DNA of 64,000 bases from Lama guanicoe (GCA_013239625.1 MU055549.1:1513746-1577745), one strand, 5' to 3'; positions 35,751 to 49,050 are shown, counted from the stretch's first letter. Numbers and translations are program-made. The notes: generated by a model not told the origin, from the letters alone.

Positions 35751-38700
35751 GGTGGAACCTTCCCTTACTCAGCCACCATCGTCCCTGAAACTTACCCCCT
35801 GGGTTAGACTCCCACTTATCGCACTCCCCCCTTTTACTTAGAAATGTAGGTTTTAATTGGTTGCCTGCATCTCAACACAAGGCGTGAGCGGAGAAGAGCC
35901 TAAACCCCCAATCCCTGAGTAACCGGACCTCAGTCACCATGCCTCACGTCCCATCGGCGCCTCATGTCCCATCAGAGCCTCTGCTGAGCCCACGAGTCCG
36001 GAAGTCATTAGAGTCATTTAAAACCCATTTTCCCTCTTTACCAGCTCCCAGCACGGACCTTCAAATGCCACGTTTCACGACAGTCAAATGGTGTATTTTC
36101 CCCATGTGGTCGTAGACACCATGAAAATCAAACGTTACGTACTAAGGATTTCTTGTCCACAAACAAAGAGATCAAAACCTAACCTCATTTTTGAGGACAT
36201 TTCTTCATAGTACCTGTAACGCGGGGCTAGGCATGGGGACCAAGTCCCGTCCGAGGGAAGCCCTGCCCCCGAGGGCTCACGACGAGGCTGAGGAAGCGGA
36301 GCGGACGTGCTCAGTTCAGACCTAGTGAGGCCGGGGATGCACCACGCGGTCCAGGCTCAACCTCAGAGCTACATTGCGGCTGTAAAAGGCAGACCGGCGA
36401 CTGAGACGTAACTCCAAAATGATCGACGCTTTTCTTGTATTTCTAAACCACTGAAGGGGCCCCCGTCCTGCCTCACGCATTCCCGCGTCAGAGCTTTTAG
36501 CTTCACCCACTGAAACCACATCTGCTGTAAGGCCCTTCTTTCCACGCCAGGTCAGTGACGTGCGTGTTCCTTGTCTCCCTCTGCCTTTTCTAGGCCTCCG
36601 CTCGGCCAGTGTCAGCACCTGAGACAGTGTCTTCCTCTTAGAAGACCTCACAGGAGCGATGAAGACCCCACTGCAGGGCCCGGGTGACCGAGGGTCTGTT
36701 CCTGCCTATCCCGGTGCTTAGTCTGAGACGGGGACACCTGGCTGTCCCCAGTGTCCTCTCCTGCAAGGGCAGTGGCCGGAATGGACACCAAGCACGCGGC
36801 CCCTGCAACGTTGGTTTGTTTACTGCGGAGGGATCCCAGCCCTCTTCCGCAGACCCTGTCGCCTGCACCAGCGCGCTGTCTGCCCGGAGCCCCCCTGCAG
36901 CCTGGAGAGTGGCGCTGAGTGATCACGCGGCGTCCGCCGGGCTGCGGGTTCTAAGCAGTGGGGAGGAAAGCACATAGATCAGCGAGTGATACCCTGGGCC
37001 ACTTAGCATTGTTCTGCTCTCTTCAAATGATGTAAGTCAAATGCAAAACCCAGCTCATTATTAGGTGAAATTTGAGAAATATGCAAATGAGCACTCCCCA
37101 AACAAGGGAAGCGACACACTCCCAAAAGCGCTGGCATTTCCACGGTGCTATTTCGCAGGGCTGGGGCTGAGAGCGGGCAGCGCCTTACACAGGGAGGAGA
37201 CGGCAGGATGGCCTCTGCAGCTCAGGAAGGAGGTCGTGTAGCGACTTGAGGAGCTTTCAGGACTTTAAAGTGTTTGCTAAAATCAGGAACCTGGAATGCA
37301 TTTCCCTCCACTTTGCCTGGGTTGAGGCTTCCAGAAAGCCTCTCCGTCCCGTCTCCTCCCTCCCCAAGCTCTCCTCCTGCACAGCTCGCAAACAAGCGCG
37401 TTTCCATGAGACCAGATCACGTGTGTCTGCCTAAATGTGAATGAGGCGCCACGTTTCAGACCTGCCCTGGGAGTGGAGGACGCAGCCCATCTGAACGGGC
37501 CTCCGCAGCTCAGGTTTCGCAGCACTGACCTTCACCCTGAGAGGGATGCGGCCGTTCGGGCAGGTGGGTGCAGGGCACCTCCCCGTCTGGCACTTCGATG
37601 TGTCTGTCGGCTGACGCGTCGGTGGTGGGAAGCTCCATCAGCACCTGGATTAACTTCCGGGAAGGCTTTGTTGGCCTCCAGGGAGGTCCAGGGATGCGAG
37701 AGGCATGAAAGATACATTTTTAAATGTAAACGAAGTCCTGAAAACCACAATGGCTGAGTTTCTAATGGAAAAATTTTGAGACTCAGAGTCGCTGTCATAA
37801 CCCGTCAATGAAAGGGCTGCATTTCCATCCACTCCCAGTAACTCCAGCATCGCGTCGGGAGGAGGTCCTACACAGGCTAGACGAGCCCACGGGTTTCATC
37901 CCCTGTTCTGACTCAGTCTGGCTCCTGATTCGGCTTTTCTTTTTCCCGTTTAACTTGGAGGATATTTAAAAGCAAAGCCTGGCAGTGCCGGGTCCTGGTC
38001 TGGAGCAGACAGCAGGGCATGGGGAGCAGCGGGCAGCTGGAGGCAGGTGAGCACCCGGAGTCCCAGCCGCACCCCAGGCGGAGGAGGGAGAGCAGACGTC
38101 CACTCTGTCCTCAGGCCAAAGCCGCAGGGCCTCGCGTGCAGTCAGTGTCACCTTAGGTCGTGTGAACCCTGAGTCAAAGTGCTGTAAGACGTCCCGTGGT
38201 CACCGTTGCTGTGTTGGGACCGTCAGCCATGAGCACACTCTAGGACCTGGGTACCAGGCTTGCCAAAATCACAAGATTCAGGAAAGGAAGCCAGACCCGC
38301 CCCCAAATCTGAGGGTCAAAAATTTCCTTTCCCTTTTCCCTCCCTCCCTCCCTTCCTTTTTGAGGGCTTTTGAGTTACTGCCTGTTTTTGAAGGTGGTGA
38401 CCACATTTCAAGGACCGTGGGATGCCCTGACTGGGGGTGGAGGGGCCAGAGGAGAGGGTCTGAGGAGAGCAAGGGGCTGGTTTGCGGCTGCTGTTCCCAC
38501 AGTCCTGACGCCGGGGCCGGGTGGGCTGGGTCTGGTCACACAGCTGTTGCCAAGATGCTCTTCCCTGCCTGGGGACCTTAGGCTCCTGCCCGGAGACATG
38601 GAGGCTGCCTGTCCCCCCTTACCCCAGCGGAGGGCTCTGCGGGCAGAGACGTCACCCCACGGTGCAATCTCCACCGCCACTTGACAGCTGGTGCAGGATT

Positions 38701-39074
38701 CATCCCAGGGCGGCTGACCAAGGACGGACGGTTTGCTGAGCCTGGGAGCCCGAGTCCCCTCCTCGGGGGGTCACTTTGCAGGGGTGCGTCCTTTCCTGCA
38801 AGCTTCCGGCAGCAGAGCTGGGGGAGAAAGGCTGAAAACAGCCAGAAAGTTCACAGGGAGGAAGGACACAAGGTGATGCCCATTCCCTGCCTTCTGTGGT
38901 CGTTCCCCTGCGGGTAGCAGAGGGCAAGTTAGAAATGCAGACATTTAAGGTGCAATCGATGGCATCGATTCCCCGTTTACCAGGCTCCAAACCCAACCAT
39001 CTCCAGGACGGCCGGGAGGCATGGGAGGGGGGGCTGGAGTTCGCCGAGCAGACAGATCCAGCTAGAAGGGGTGT

Positions 39075-39230
39075 TTGAACTTATCAGCAAGGACAGCGTT
39101 TATTCTAATAAATGTGCAATTTATTGTAATTGGTGTCATTTAACTGTCATTTATCTATTGGCAAAACAGAGCTCTGCTAAATGCCCAACAACAATCTTCC
39201 TGGCAGGTTTCAGCAGCCACAGGTGGACTC
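39075..39230. promoter_or_regulatory. Candidate conserved enhancer core
   Basis: tttattctaataaatgtgcaatttattgtaattggtgtcatttaactgtcatttatctattggc: dense HOX/CDX-like, TAATTG and two TGTCA motifs. Confidence 0.4.
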
Positions 39231-39703
39231 ACACTTGTTAGAGGGGTCATTTCTGCTCTCCTCACTAGACACGGGCCCATTACACCCTTCCTGGTGGCGG
39301 CGGGGTCCCCGTGGCGTCAGCTGCACCGAGAGAAGGCACATTTTAGCCACCTAACAGTGGGCTGTGGTTTTGTGTGGTTCCCACCTTATAATTGCACTTG
39401 AAAGACACCCTCTTTTTCCCCGGCGCCAAAATCGTTTACAGGATCGGACGAGCGGGATGCGACAAGCGGCATCTGCCTGGAGCGCCGCCTGTGATTTATT
39501 CAGATCACGCTGCGGTGAACAACGAACGCCAACGAACGCAGCCGGGCTCTACCAGTCTGAGGAGCAGCTCTGACCCACGCGCTCACTCACTCGGCCGCAG
39601 ACACTCGCTATTTCCACATCTCTGGGACGCGGCGTCTCTGATGCGAATCTCGTTGGGCTGTGAGAGCTCAGTGGACGAGGAAACTATGTTAAAACCGAAG
39701 CCC

Positions 39704-39843
39704 GGGGAGGGCACGTCGCGGCGTAGGGCGCGTGCCTAGCACACATGGAGTCCCGGGTTCAAGCCAGCGCCGCCATGAAATCAATAGATGAGTAAGCCTA
39801 GTTACCCCCCCCCAAATAAACAAATAAGAGTTAAAAAAAGCCC
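39704..39843 (+). mobile_element. tRNA-derived SINE (camelid Vic-1-like), diverged copy
   Basis: ggggagggcac...gtagggcgcgtgcctagcacac...cccgggttcaag (B box)...aagcctagttaccccccccc plus A-rich tail; flanks aaaccgaagccc / aaaccaaaagccc are TSD-like. Confidence 0.75.
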
Positions 39844-40059
39844 AAACCAAAAGCCCTCCCCCGCCTGCACACACAGCGGGACCACATCGCCGTGGCTTCA
39901 AACAGCAAGCAGCCGTGAGCCCACTCCCTTCCCTGGGCGCCTGGCGCCACCAGGTCTCCCGGGCAGCGTTGTCCCCTGCCGCGCCCCGCAGACAGGTCTA
40001 AGGGCAGGTCTGTGAACGGCCGGCCTTTAAAAGGAGACTGTGTCACTCAGCGGAAAAGT

Positions 40060-40350
40060 CTGGGACTGGGATCCAGACTGATCCAAATTCAAACCCTAGC
40101 CCGGTCGTCGGCTGCCGTGTGACCTGGGGCAGCTGCCTGACCTCGGACACTACCTGTCACAGTAGGCAACGTGCAAGCCCCTCCACCCCTCTGGCTCCCT
40201 TCCTTTCTCCGTGCAGGGGTCACTGGCTCGAGCCTGACCACAGCCTCGGGATTGGCACCCCACTTCCCTTTTACAGAGAGGAACCCGAGGCCGGGGTGTG
40301 GGCTGACCTGGGCGAGGCGGTGCAACTTCACTGCTTGTCCCAGGTGCCCT
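40060..40350. mobile_element. Two MIR fragments (+ at ~40060-40145; - at ~40255-40350)
   Basis: ccagactgatccaaattcaaaccctagc...gtgtgacctggggcagctgcctgacctc; cccttttacagagaggaacccgaggc. Confidence 0.55.
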
Positions 40351-41164
40351 GGGGACTCGCCGACGACCATCAGCACTGAGAGCAAAGGGCGCCTGGGGCG
40401 CGTGGAGGCACTGGGACGGGCACCAGGAGCACGCGGTGACCCGGTCTGCATCTGCTGTTCCGCAAAGCGCCCACGGGGGCATTGGCAGGGCCGGGGCTCG
40501 GAGACGACGCTCTGGAAGCTCCTCCGGGGAGCGCGTGTCACCTGCTGCTGGACTGTCGAGTGAGCACTGACCCTCTGCCGCCACTTACAGCCCCGCCGGA
40601 GGTCCTGAGCGTTCCATCCGTCTTGTAGTTTAGACAGTGTGTTGTGAGGTTTCTGTTATGGATGAAAACGTTTACACAGTTGTGCTGGGTGCTGAGTAAA
40701 CACCCAGCTGCTCTCAGGAGAAGGCCCAGGCCTCCAGCGTGGACCGGGGGTCCTGGCTGGCCTGAGGGGCCCCAGTGTGTGCATCTCAGGGAGACTGGCT
40801 GGGCTTCTCTGCAGCCCCTGGTTCCCTGGGACCAGCGGCTCTTCCACTCGGGAACGTGCTGGTGCCTGTGGCCACAGACAAACCGTGACCTGAACCCAGT
40901 CCCTCGGGGTTGAAGGAAACTGACATGATGTCAGGGAGCTCCCCCATCATGCCCACCCGGCGCCTCGGTGAACCTGGCTTCAGGGGAACGATGAAATGTT
41001 GGGAAGAGATGGGGTCCACGTGTCACCTTGGTGTGTCCTGTGCTCCCGGTGCGGCTGGCGCTGGGGAGGAGCCACGCCCTCGGCCCCCACCCTCTGCAGG
41101 TGGCCAGCTACACAAGCCCACGTGCCACCCGCTCGCCCAGCGTGGAGCCCTGAGGGGGCGCTGT

Positions 41165-41245
41165 TAGTGAGGCATCCGCAGCCCAGAGAGGTTGAGCACT
41201 GTGCCCAAGGCCACCCAGCAGGCAGGGCTGGGTCACAGGCCCGGG
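41165..41245 (-). mobile_element. MIR fragment
   Basis: gcccagagaggttgagcactgtgcccaaggccacccagc. Confidence 0.6.
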
Positions 41246-44229
41246 CAGGCTCCTCTGCGGGTGGCCATACGTGCCCTCATTCAGTGGGTCGTCACGGGCT
41301 GTTGCGAAGCTGGCGATGGAAGGCTGTGCGCTCACCTGGATGAGTTGTGTTCACGTGGAAATAATGAGAAAACTGCAGGTTTTAGGAGGAGGGAGATGTC
41401 CGTGGGCCAGACGTGAGATCAGATCACAGCAGGTTCTCTTGTGTGGGGTCAGCTCGCGCCTGCTTCCGGCGTGGCCACCCAGTCCCAGGAATGGTGTTAA
41501 CTGTGAGTGTCCACGCCGTGCGACGCGGCCTGAACCCTCCCGGCGAGGGCCGTCCTCGCCGTCCCTGAGACGTCTTCACAGCTCTATGTGGAGGGGCCGC
41601 CGCCAGGAGGGGTGGCTGACGCGCCGGAGGGACGCTCCTGTTTCCGACTGCTGGCTGGCTTGCTCTGGCGTGGTTTCAGTGTCACCAGCATGTACGGCAG
41701 GACAGGTATCCAGTGCCTTACTCACTGCTCACCACGACGCCTGCTGAGTAATCACCCCAGCTGGCCAGCGCAGGCGCCGCTGACGGGGGCTGGGCCCAGG
41801 GAGGCGCTCAGTCAGAGCCAGGACCCCGGCAGGACGGCTCGGGGTGCCGCCTTGCTCACCTGGCTGGCCCGGGCGGGCGGGGCTGGGGGCGGAGAGCGTT
41901 CCAGGGGCTTAGCTTTAAAGCCTGCAGAGACGAATGCCTGTCTCGTGGGCCAGGACAGGCGCCACCTTCATCACAGCTCGTGCGTCTCCCCTGGCCTCTG
42001 ACACGGAGACGGGCCTCCCTGAGGAGGCTGCCCCAGCTCGGGCTGGCCACCACGGATGCAGAGGCCCCCAAGGACCGGCCTTCCCCCTGATGTGCCCCTT
42101 GAGCCCCCTCCGTGACTCGCCTGTGTTCGGGTGTATGTGTCATTTCAGAATTTCTCAGATGCCCCCCTTGTTTCCTGCTGGAGACACTCATGCCCTGGAG
42201 CCAGCCCTCCTCAGCACCTTTGAAACAGAACGTTGCCTGTGGGTTTGGGGAGGGTGTGTGTGCAGCTGGCTTGGGGAATCCGGAAGGGCCCTGGGAGATC
42301 GCGGAGGACCCCGCAGCCCGCACAGCCAGGGGACTCCTGTCTGCTCCGATTGTCGGGTGTGGCCCTGCTGACCGGCTCCTTGAACCGGGGGACGATCAGA
42401 GGCCTTCGTGTCCTTGTCAGAGATGTGGAGAACGCAGAGGGTGTCTGGTGCCCGTTCAAGACACTGGACAGTGTGACCTTCCCCACTGCCATCGCTCAGC
42501 CACCCCCCTCCTGTCCCTCCCCGAACACAGGTTCCGTCGCTGTGGTCCAGGAAAGTCCTAGGAGCGGGGAGCCCAGTGACCCCACACCGGCCACCTGGGT
42601 GAGTCAGGCTCACCTGGGGGACAGGGTGTCACCTCCCAGGGTGAACCAGCTGAGCTGGCATGGCTCTGGGCTCCACCACACCTACACCCTGACTGGGGCA
42701 CCTCTTGGAATGGACGGTCTTTCTGTATTCAGGACAGGACTGTTGGAGCCACGGGGACAGATGGAAATGCACCCTTCTGCTGATGTGTCCCTGAAGTGGA
42801 AGATCTCCTGCCTCCGTGCTGTCCAGGAGGCGAGACCCCATCCCCTCCGCCTCCCGCAGAGCCTTCCCGCTTGTCTCAGCCTCATCTCTGTGCCGCGTCC
42901 TCAGTCTGACCACCGTCAGCCGTGTCTTCCCCCAGCACAGGCTCGGTCATGTGGCCTCACTGTTCGGACCCCTTAGTGGACACCTCTGGTGGCCCTTCTG
43001 GAGTGGACAGCCTGTGGCCTGGCATCCACAGTCTCCCATACGTGGGGTCACTGTCCATATGTCACCGCTCACACGTGTCAGGATGTCCAGCCGGCTGGGC
43101 ACCGAGGCTCCGCAGAAGTGTTGCCCCTTCACTGGCTCGCAGCTCCGCAGTCGGGAGGTGCCCCTGCAGGGCATCACTCGGTCTGCACTCAGCAGGCAGG
43201 GCGGGGGTGGTCCAGGGTCTCCCCCTTCACTTCTCCTTGTCACCTCGATGGGTGGCCCCCCAGCAGGGTGCGTGGGCTTCCTGAGGGGCCTCTCCTCCGG
43301 TCTTCAAGAGAGCAAAGTGGAAGTTTCTAGGCCTTCCTGAGGGACGGGGAGGATGGGGAGGAACCATCGCGAGTGCAGGTGAGCGGCGCGGAGGCCGAGT
43401 ACCTTTTGGAGTCAGAATCCACGGGACCTTCTGATGACTCACTGAGGCAGGAGCTCACGGATGCTCCTGGTAAAGCACTGACTGCAGGATGGAGGCAGGT
43501 CCCCCACGAACGTCTGCGGGGCTCTGCTCCCAGGGGCAACGCCCCCCGCAGGTGCACGGCGTTCCCAGCACACGGAGAACTCTCTGTGGGAACGTAGCAC
43601 CCTGTGCACCGAGGACGTCAGCAGCAAACAGCTGCTGCGCCTCAGATTCCGGGACGTCTCACCTCCCAGCGACACCTCTCCCCTCGCCTGCTGGACGAGT
43701 CTGGAGAGTGAGGGTGCAGGGCTCAAAGCGCTGCCAGCCCCGGGGGTCCCGCCCACCACGCCCGGCAGAGCCTAACCCGAGCCCAGCCCCGGTGCCCGCC
43801 CGGCTCAGTCCTGCATCGGCACCTCCCGGAGCAGGTGGGCTTGTCCTCCAGGCCCAGACAGCCTCCAGCCCTGGCCCCCCCACCCCCAGGGTGTCGAGTG
43901 GCGACACCTGACCACCTGCACCCTGAGGAGTGAAACCCAGAGAGAGCTGGGGAGGCGGGGGAGCCAGACGCACGTGCCCGTGAGTCGTGCTGTGAGCAGC
44001 AAGCGCTTGAAAACCTAAGCGTTTGCTGGCGGCAGGCTTTTCCCTCCGGAACGCATCTTTCCCGTTACACTTGTTGTTGCCAGGTAATTGTAGACGCGCA
44101 CCAGTTGTCAGAAGCCCTACGGAGGGGTTCCACGCCCTCTTTACCCAGGTTCCCCCAGCGGCGACAGCCTGCAAGACACAGAGCTCTGTTGTAACCAGGG
44201 CGTCAGCACTCCCTGCTCCTCTTTTGAAC

Positions 44230-44700
44230 ATTAAAAAAACCTCAGGGTCTTTTTAAAAATTCAGGGGTGCATGCAATTAAATGCATAAAGGTATTTAAGT
44301 TGCAGGACAGTGAGAAACAAAAATTAAGAAAAAATGAAAATAGAGAATTCTTAGAGAAGCAGCTTAGGCTAAGCCCTCTTGTGCTCACCCGGTCCGCCTC
44401 ATTAACAGTTTGCCACAATAACATCAGGGTGATTTAGCACAGCGCACATATGTTCCAGCAGATCAACTTGATGCCGAATACATCAAGTATAAAATTTAAA
44501 TGAAACCAATTGTATAGCGAGTAAAAGATGGATCGAAAGATGGATGTGGAGAGAGGCAGGCCGCACAGAGCAGCAAGAGGCAGCCCCAAACGCTCCTAAT
44601 GGGTTGTACCTGTAATTGATGAGCTGCAGGGAACTGCTTTAAAAAAATGGCCCAGTTATTCGTGCAAACAGCTGTCAGTTTACTGCGGTGATCTATGGGA
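44230..44700. promoter_or_regulatory. AT-rich non-repeat island, candidate enhancer
   Basis: atgcaattaaatgcataa (POU-like), cattaa, ctaatgg, gtaattgatg, cagctgtca. Confidence 0.35.
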
Positions 44701-44736
44701 GCAAAGACCATTTCTCAGTGGGACACTCAAGTGTAG

Positions 44737-45246
44737 TGATGCACAGGGAAATGTGGGGCGCGAGGACGGGCCCTAGGTCTCAGATGAGCCCCTGGGGCAC
44801 GTCCCGCCACACGTGGGTCCTGGCTTCCTACAGGAAAGAATCCAAGAGTGAGCCGCAGCTGAGTGAAGGTAGGCTGACTCAGGGACGCGCACCCCGCGGG
44901 CAGCGTGCAGCTGTCTCTCTCAGAAGGGGAGCGGCCACGAGGTGCGGGGGCCGCTGGTTCTATGGGCTCAGTAACTTCACAGGCTAACGAGTGGGAGGTT
45001 TACTCCAACTGCTCTGGGGAAGGGGCGGGGCTTCCCAGGCCCTGGGCCACCGCCCCCCGTTTGACCTCTCAGGGCCAGCCCGGGGGCTGTCCTGGCGTGT
45101 GGGAGGGCCAGTCGGCAGCCGTCGTGTTACACTGGGCGGATATGGAAGCTCAAGGCCTCCTGGGAGTTGAGTCTTCCCCTGTCTGGGTGCTAGTTGCTGT
45201 GTCATTCCTTGAGTGGCTGTGCCCTGCCCCCATCCCTCCGGTCTCA
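44737..45246 (-). mobile_element. Solo ERV1-type LTR (MER41-like architecture)
   Basis: Minus strand runs TGAGAC...gggcagggcacagccactcaaggaatgacacagc...ctcttggattctttcctgtaggaagccaggaccc...ctgtgcatCA; TG..CA termini, ~510 bp; TSD not intact. Confidence 0.7.
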
Positions 45247-46479
45247 GTTAGAGGTGACATTAAGGATGCTGGTGAGTTGAAGGGCTTCCTTTGAATCACA
45301 CCGTGTCCCAGCGCGTGAGCCCACCGTGAACACAAAACCCCTGGCGGCTCATTAGCGTCCACCTGTCATGGGGGGGCGGCAAGGGGCAGGTACAGAGCTG
45401 GCAGCTGACAGACGGAACAGACTGGAGCCTGAGCAAGAAATGGCAGGGGGAGTGGGGAGAGGGGTGTGGGTGTGAGCGCTGCAGGGAGAGAGGGACAGAG
45501 ACACACTGGTTAAAAACTGGACATAACAGCTCTAAAACTGGTGTTACCACGTTGAGACAAATAACCACAGCCTCCTGGTGCCTAAGGACACACGAGCACG
45601 GCCATGGGTGTGGTCACACTGACGACAAAGCCGGGCAGCCTTGGAGGAAAGGGGGGTGCTCAGGAGAGCTCCGCCCGAAACTCGGAGGTGTGAGACGCAC
45701 CCGGGGGGCAGCCATGCTCGGCGTCGGCTGATCCGTGCTCTCAGCGCAGCGGGGGATGCCCACCCAGCGGGGGCTGCGGGCCCAGCGGGGACTCATGACT
45801 GTTTTGAGAGAGAAGGGGAGAATAACGTGGGTCCAAGCTTTCGTCTGGAAGGGAGGATGGATGTTCTAAGATGAGCCAGGGCTGAGTGAAAACCTGCTGA
45901 ACTCTGTGTAAGAACGGGGGGGATCCGAGGTGGACTGGCTCCGGTCCCCTCCCCTGCGACTCTGTCTGTCTGGTGGTTCTAACAGGTCAAGGCAGCCAGT
46001 GAACCCCTGACAGCTTCACTGCTGGAGGGGGCCGGCTGGAACTGGGTCAGGAGGCAAAAATTCCCTGCACGTTGGCCTTGTCTGAGATCACAGCAATCTC
46101 GGGGCTGAGTGAACGGGGACGGCCAGCTGTTCTCCTGGTCCGAGATGGCTGGTCTGCTTGGGACAGACCACAGACAGGCCGGAAATTCAACAGGAAGACA
46201 GAAAAAACACCGTCAGGCCCCCCCACCATCGCTGATCTCCCCGGGAGCCGGCACAGCAAAGACCTACAGGGCTCAGTGGATCGTAGGGGTGGGTTTCAGG
46301 CTTGAAACGGCCTGAACTTTGAATGCACTCCCAACCCAGAGACAGACTCATCGGCAGGGAGGGGAAGCGTCACTGGGCCAGGCGTCTGGGCCCGGATCTG
46401 ACCAGTCGTTAGTTGACCACAAGCTGGGCAGATGCGGGGGCGACCGCGGGGAAGCCAGGCTGAGAAAGGAACAACAAAC

Positions 46480-49050
46480 AAAAACCCTAAACAGGACAAA
46501 CAAGATGCCACTGGCTGCACGCTCCGGGGGAAACAGATGCCACAGTGACCCAGGAAGGACACTAAACAAACACGCAGCAGAGCCAGCGACCCTCGTGAGG
46601 GGGGACGAGTCCAGATTCCCTCCAGCCTTTCACCCTGCAGATCCAGGGTTACTCTGAGGCCAAAGCCAGAGAAAAACACCACGGAAAAAGAACACTGCAG
46701 GCCAGCGTCCCTCGTGACCCCTGATGTGAACAGCCTTAGCAAAGTGCTAGCAAGCCGGATCTCGCACGTACCGAACAGATCGATTTCCAAGTGGGATCTA
46801 CTCCAAGAACACAAGGCTGGTACAACACCTAAAAATGAATTAGGGAAGTAAATCATATTAATAGAACAGGGGACAAAATCCAACATGACCATCTCCAGGG
46901 ATGCAGAAAAAGCATTTGACAAGTCCATCATCCATTTGGGGCAAAACACACATAATTAGCTAGGAATAGAAGGGAACGTTCTCAACATGGAAAAGGACAT
47001 GTACTGAAATCTCTCAGCTCGCATCGCCCGGTGGTGGAAGGCGGGCTGCGTGCTTCTGTGTCAGGAACAGGCAAGAGATCTGCTCTCACTGCTGCTGCGC
47101 AATTAGGGGCTGCAGGGTCCAGCCAGCCCAGCCACACAGAGCAGCGTCAGAGGCACTGAGCCTGGGGAAGAGGCAAAACCGCCCTCACATGACGACGACA
47201 CGGCCTCGTACGAGGAAAATGCTCAAGATTTCAGGAAAAAACCACTAAAATAAAAAGCGAGCTCAGCGACGTGGCACAGCATAGGATCAATATCAGAAAT
47301 CGAGTGTGTTTCTACATGGGAGCCGCGAACAAGCTGAAAACGAAGTTAGGAAAACTGTTCCATTTTCCACTCATAACAGCAGCAGAAGAGCAAAATGCTT
47401 AGGAGGGATTTTAACGAAGGAACTGCAAGGCTGCACACTGGACAGCGCAACGGACAGCCGAGCAAACTGAAGGAGGTGCCACGTAGACGAAGACAGCCCG
47501 TGTTCGTGGATGGGGGACGCGGCCGCCGAGACGGCCTTTCTCCCGAAGCCGACCTGTCGAGTCAACATAACCCCTGCTAGCTGTGCGTACCAGATGCTGA
47601 CAAGGTGACCCTGAAATGCATAAGGACGTATAAAGGTCACAGGATGATCAAATACCTTGGGGAAGGAAGAACACAGCTGGAAGACTTACTCTGCTTTATG
47701 CCCAAACTGCTATAAAGCCGTAGCAACCGGGAAGGAGCGAGCAGTGTGCACTGGTGTGGCGGAGGCACACAGGTCAGTCGAACGGAATTCAGAGTCTAGA
47801 ACTAAATCCTTACTTCCGCGGCCAATAGATTTTCAACAACGGTACACAGGTAATCCAGAGCGGAAAACAGTCTTCTCAGTAATTCTGCATCATCGTGCAA
47901 AAAAAGTATTTTTATCTCCAGCCACATACAAAAATTAATTCAAACTGGCTCATAAATTTAGCGTAAAACTGCAGACATTCTGACTAAAATACAGGCTAAA
48001 TTCTGCATGATCTTGGGTTAAGTAAAGAATTAGTTCTTAGATACAAACACAGAGGCATGGCCCATAAAAGAAAGAGAATTCTGACTGTATTAAAATTAAA
48101 AACGTCTGTGCTTCAAGAGACACCATTAAGAAAATGAAAATACACGGCAGAACTGGGAAGAAATGTTTGTAAATCATATTTCTGACAAAAAGCCTGCATC
48201 CAAAATACATAAAGAATTCTTACAGCTCCAGGGGCTAAGCCACTCAATTTAAAAAACAAATGATCAGAAGGTTTGAGTAGCCATTTCACTAAAGAAAACA
48301 CACGAATGGCCGAAAAACAGCTGCAAAGGTGCTCAGCTTCATCAGCCATTAGCAAAACGCACATTAAAACCACACCGAGAAGACGCCGCAAGCTGCACGT
48401 GGCTCTGGAGGAAGCCACAGCCGGACGGAGCGCAGGCAGGACGCGGAGGAGCCCAGCGCTCCCGCGCTGCTGGGAGGACCAGGCGAGACGCCGCGGCCGC
48501 TGGGAAGTCGCTCGCCGCCTCTCAGAGCGCCGCACCCACGCTTGCCATCCCGCCCGGCAAGCCCACCCCTGGGAGTTCCTCTCCGCGTGGAATCGCCGGC
48601 ATGAGGCTCTCTGCAGCCTCGCTCACGAGCTCCCCAGACCGGAAACGGCCTAAAGGTGCGTAAACTCGTAAAATAAATAGATAAAGTCGGCGCTAAAGCT
48701 GAGCCGTGGAGCGCTACGCAGCCGTGACGGGGTGAATGGCCGCCGCCGGCCAGGCCTTGGAGCCTTCAGGCTGAGCACGAGCTCTAAGCCTGGCATGGAC
48801 GTCTGCGCAGCGGATGAGCCCGTCCTGTGACGCGTCCCGAACAGCCTTGCTTGTAGAGACGGAAAAAAACAGACAAGAGGTTTCTGGGACTGGGGTGGGA
48901 TCCGGGTCGACTTGGGGTGGGCAGGAGGGAGTTTTGGGGGCAATGGAAATGTTCTAAAGCTGGTTTGTGGCGATGGCTGTGTGGTTTACAAATCTGCTGA
49001 AAATCGGGGCCTTGTGCACGTGCAGTGGTGGGTTTTAAGGTGCTGAGATC
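46480..49050 (+). mobile_element. Old L1 (L1MB/MC-like) ORF2 and 3' UTR, sense, decayed; may extend upstream to ~46170
   Basis: catgaccatctccagggatgcagaaaaagcatttgacaagtcc; ctaggaatagaagggaacgttctcaacatg; attaaaattaaaaacgtctgtgcttcaagagacaccattaagaaaatgaaaa; 3' end ggaaatgttctaaagctggtttgtggcgatggctg. Confidence 0.9.

Noticed and set aside
36611-36631. Second RE1-like site GTCAGCACCTGAGACAGTGTC
   Set aside because: Only 15/21, with a mismatch in the GGACAG core; plausible by chance
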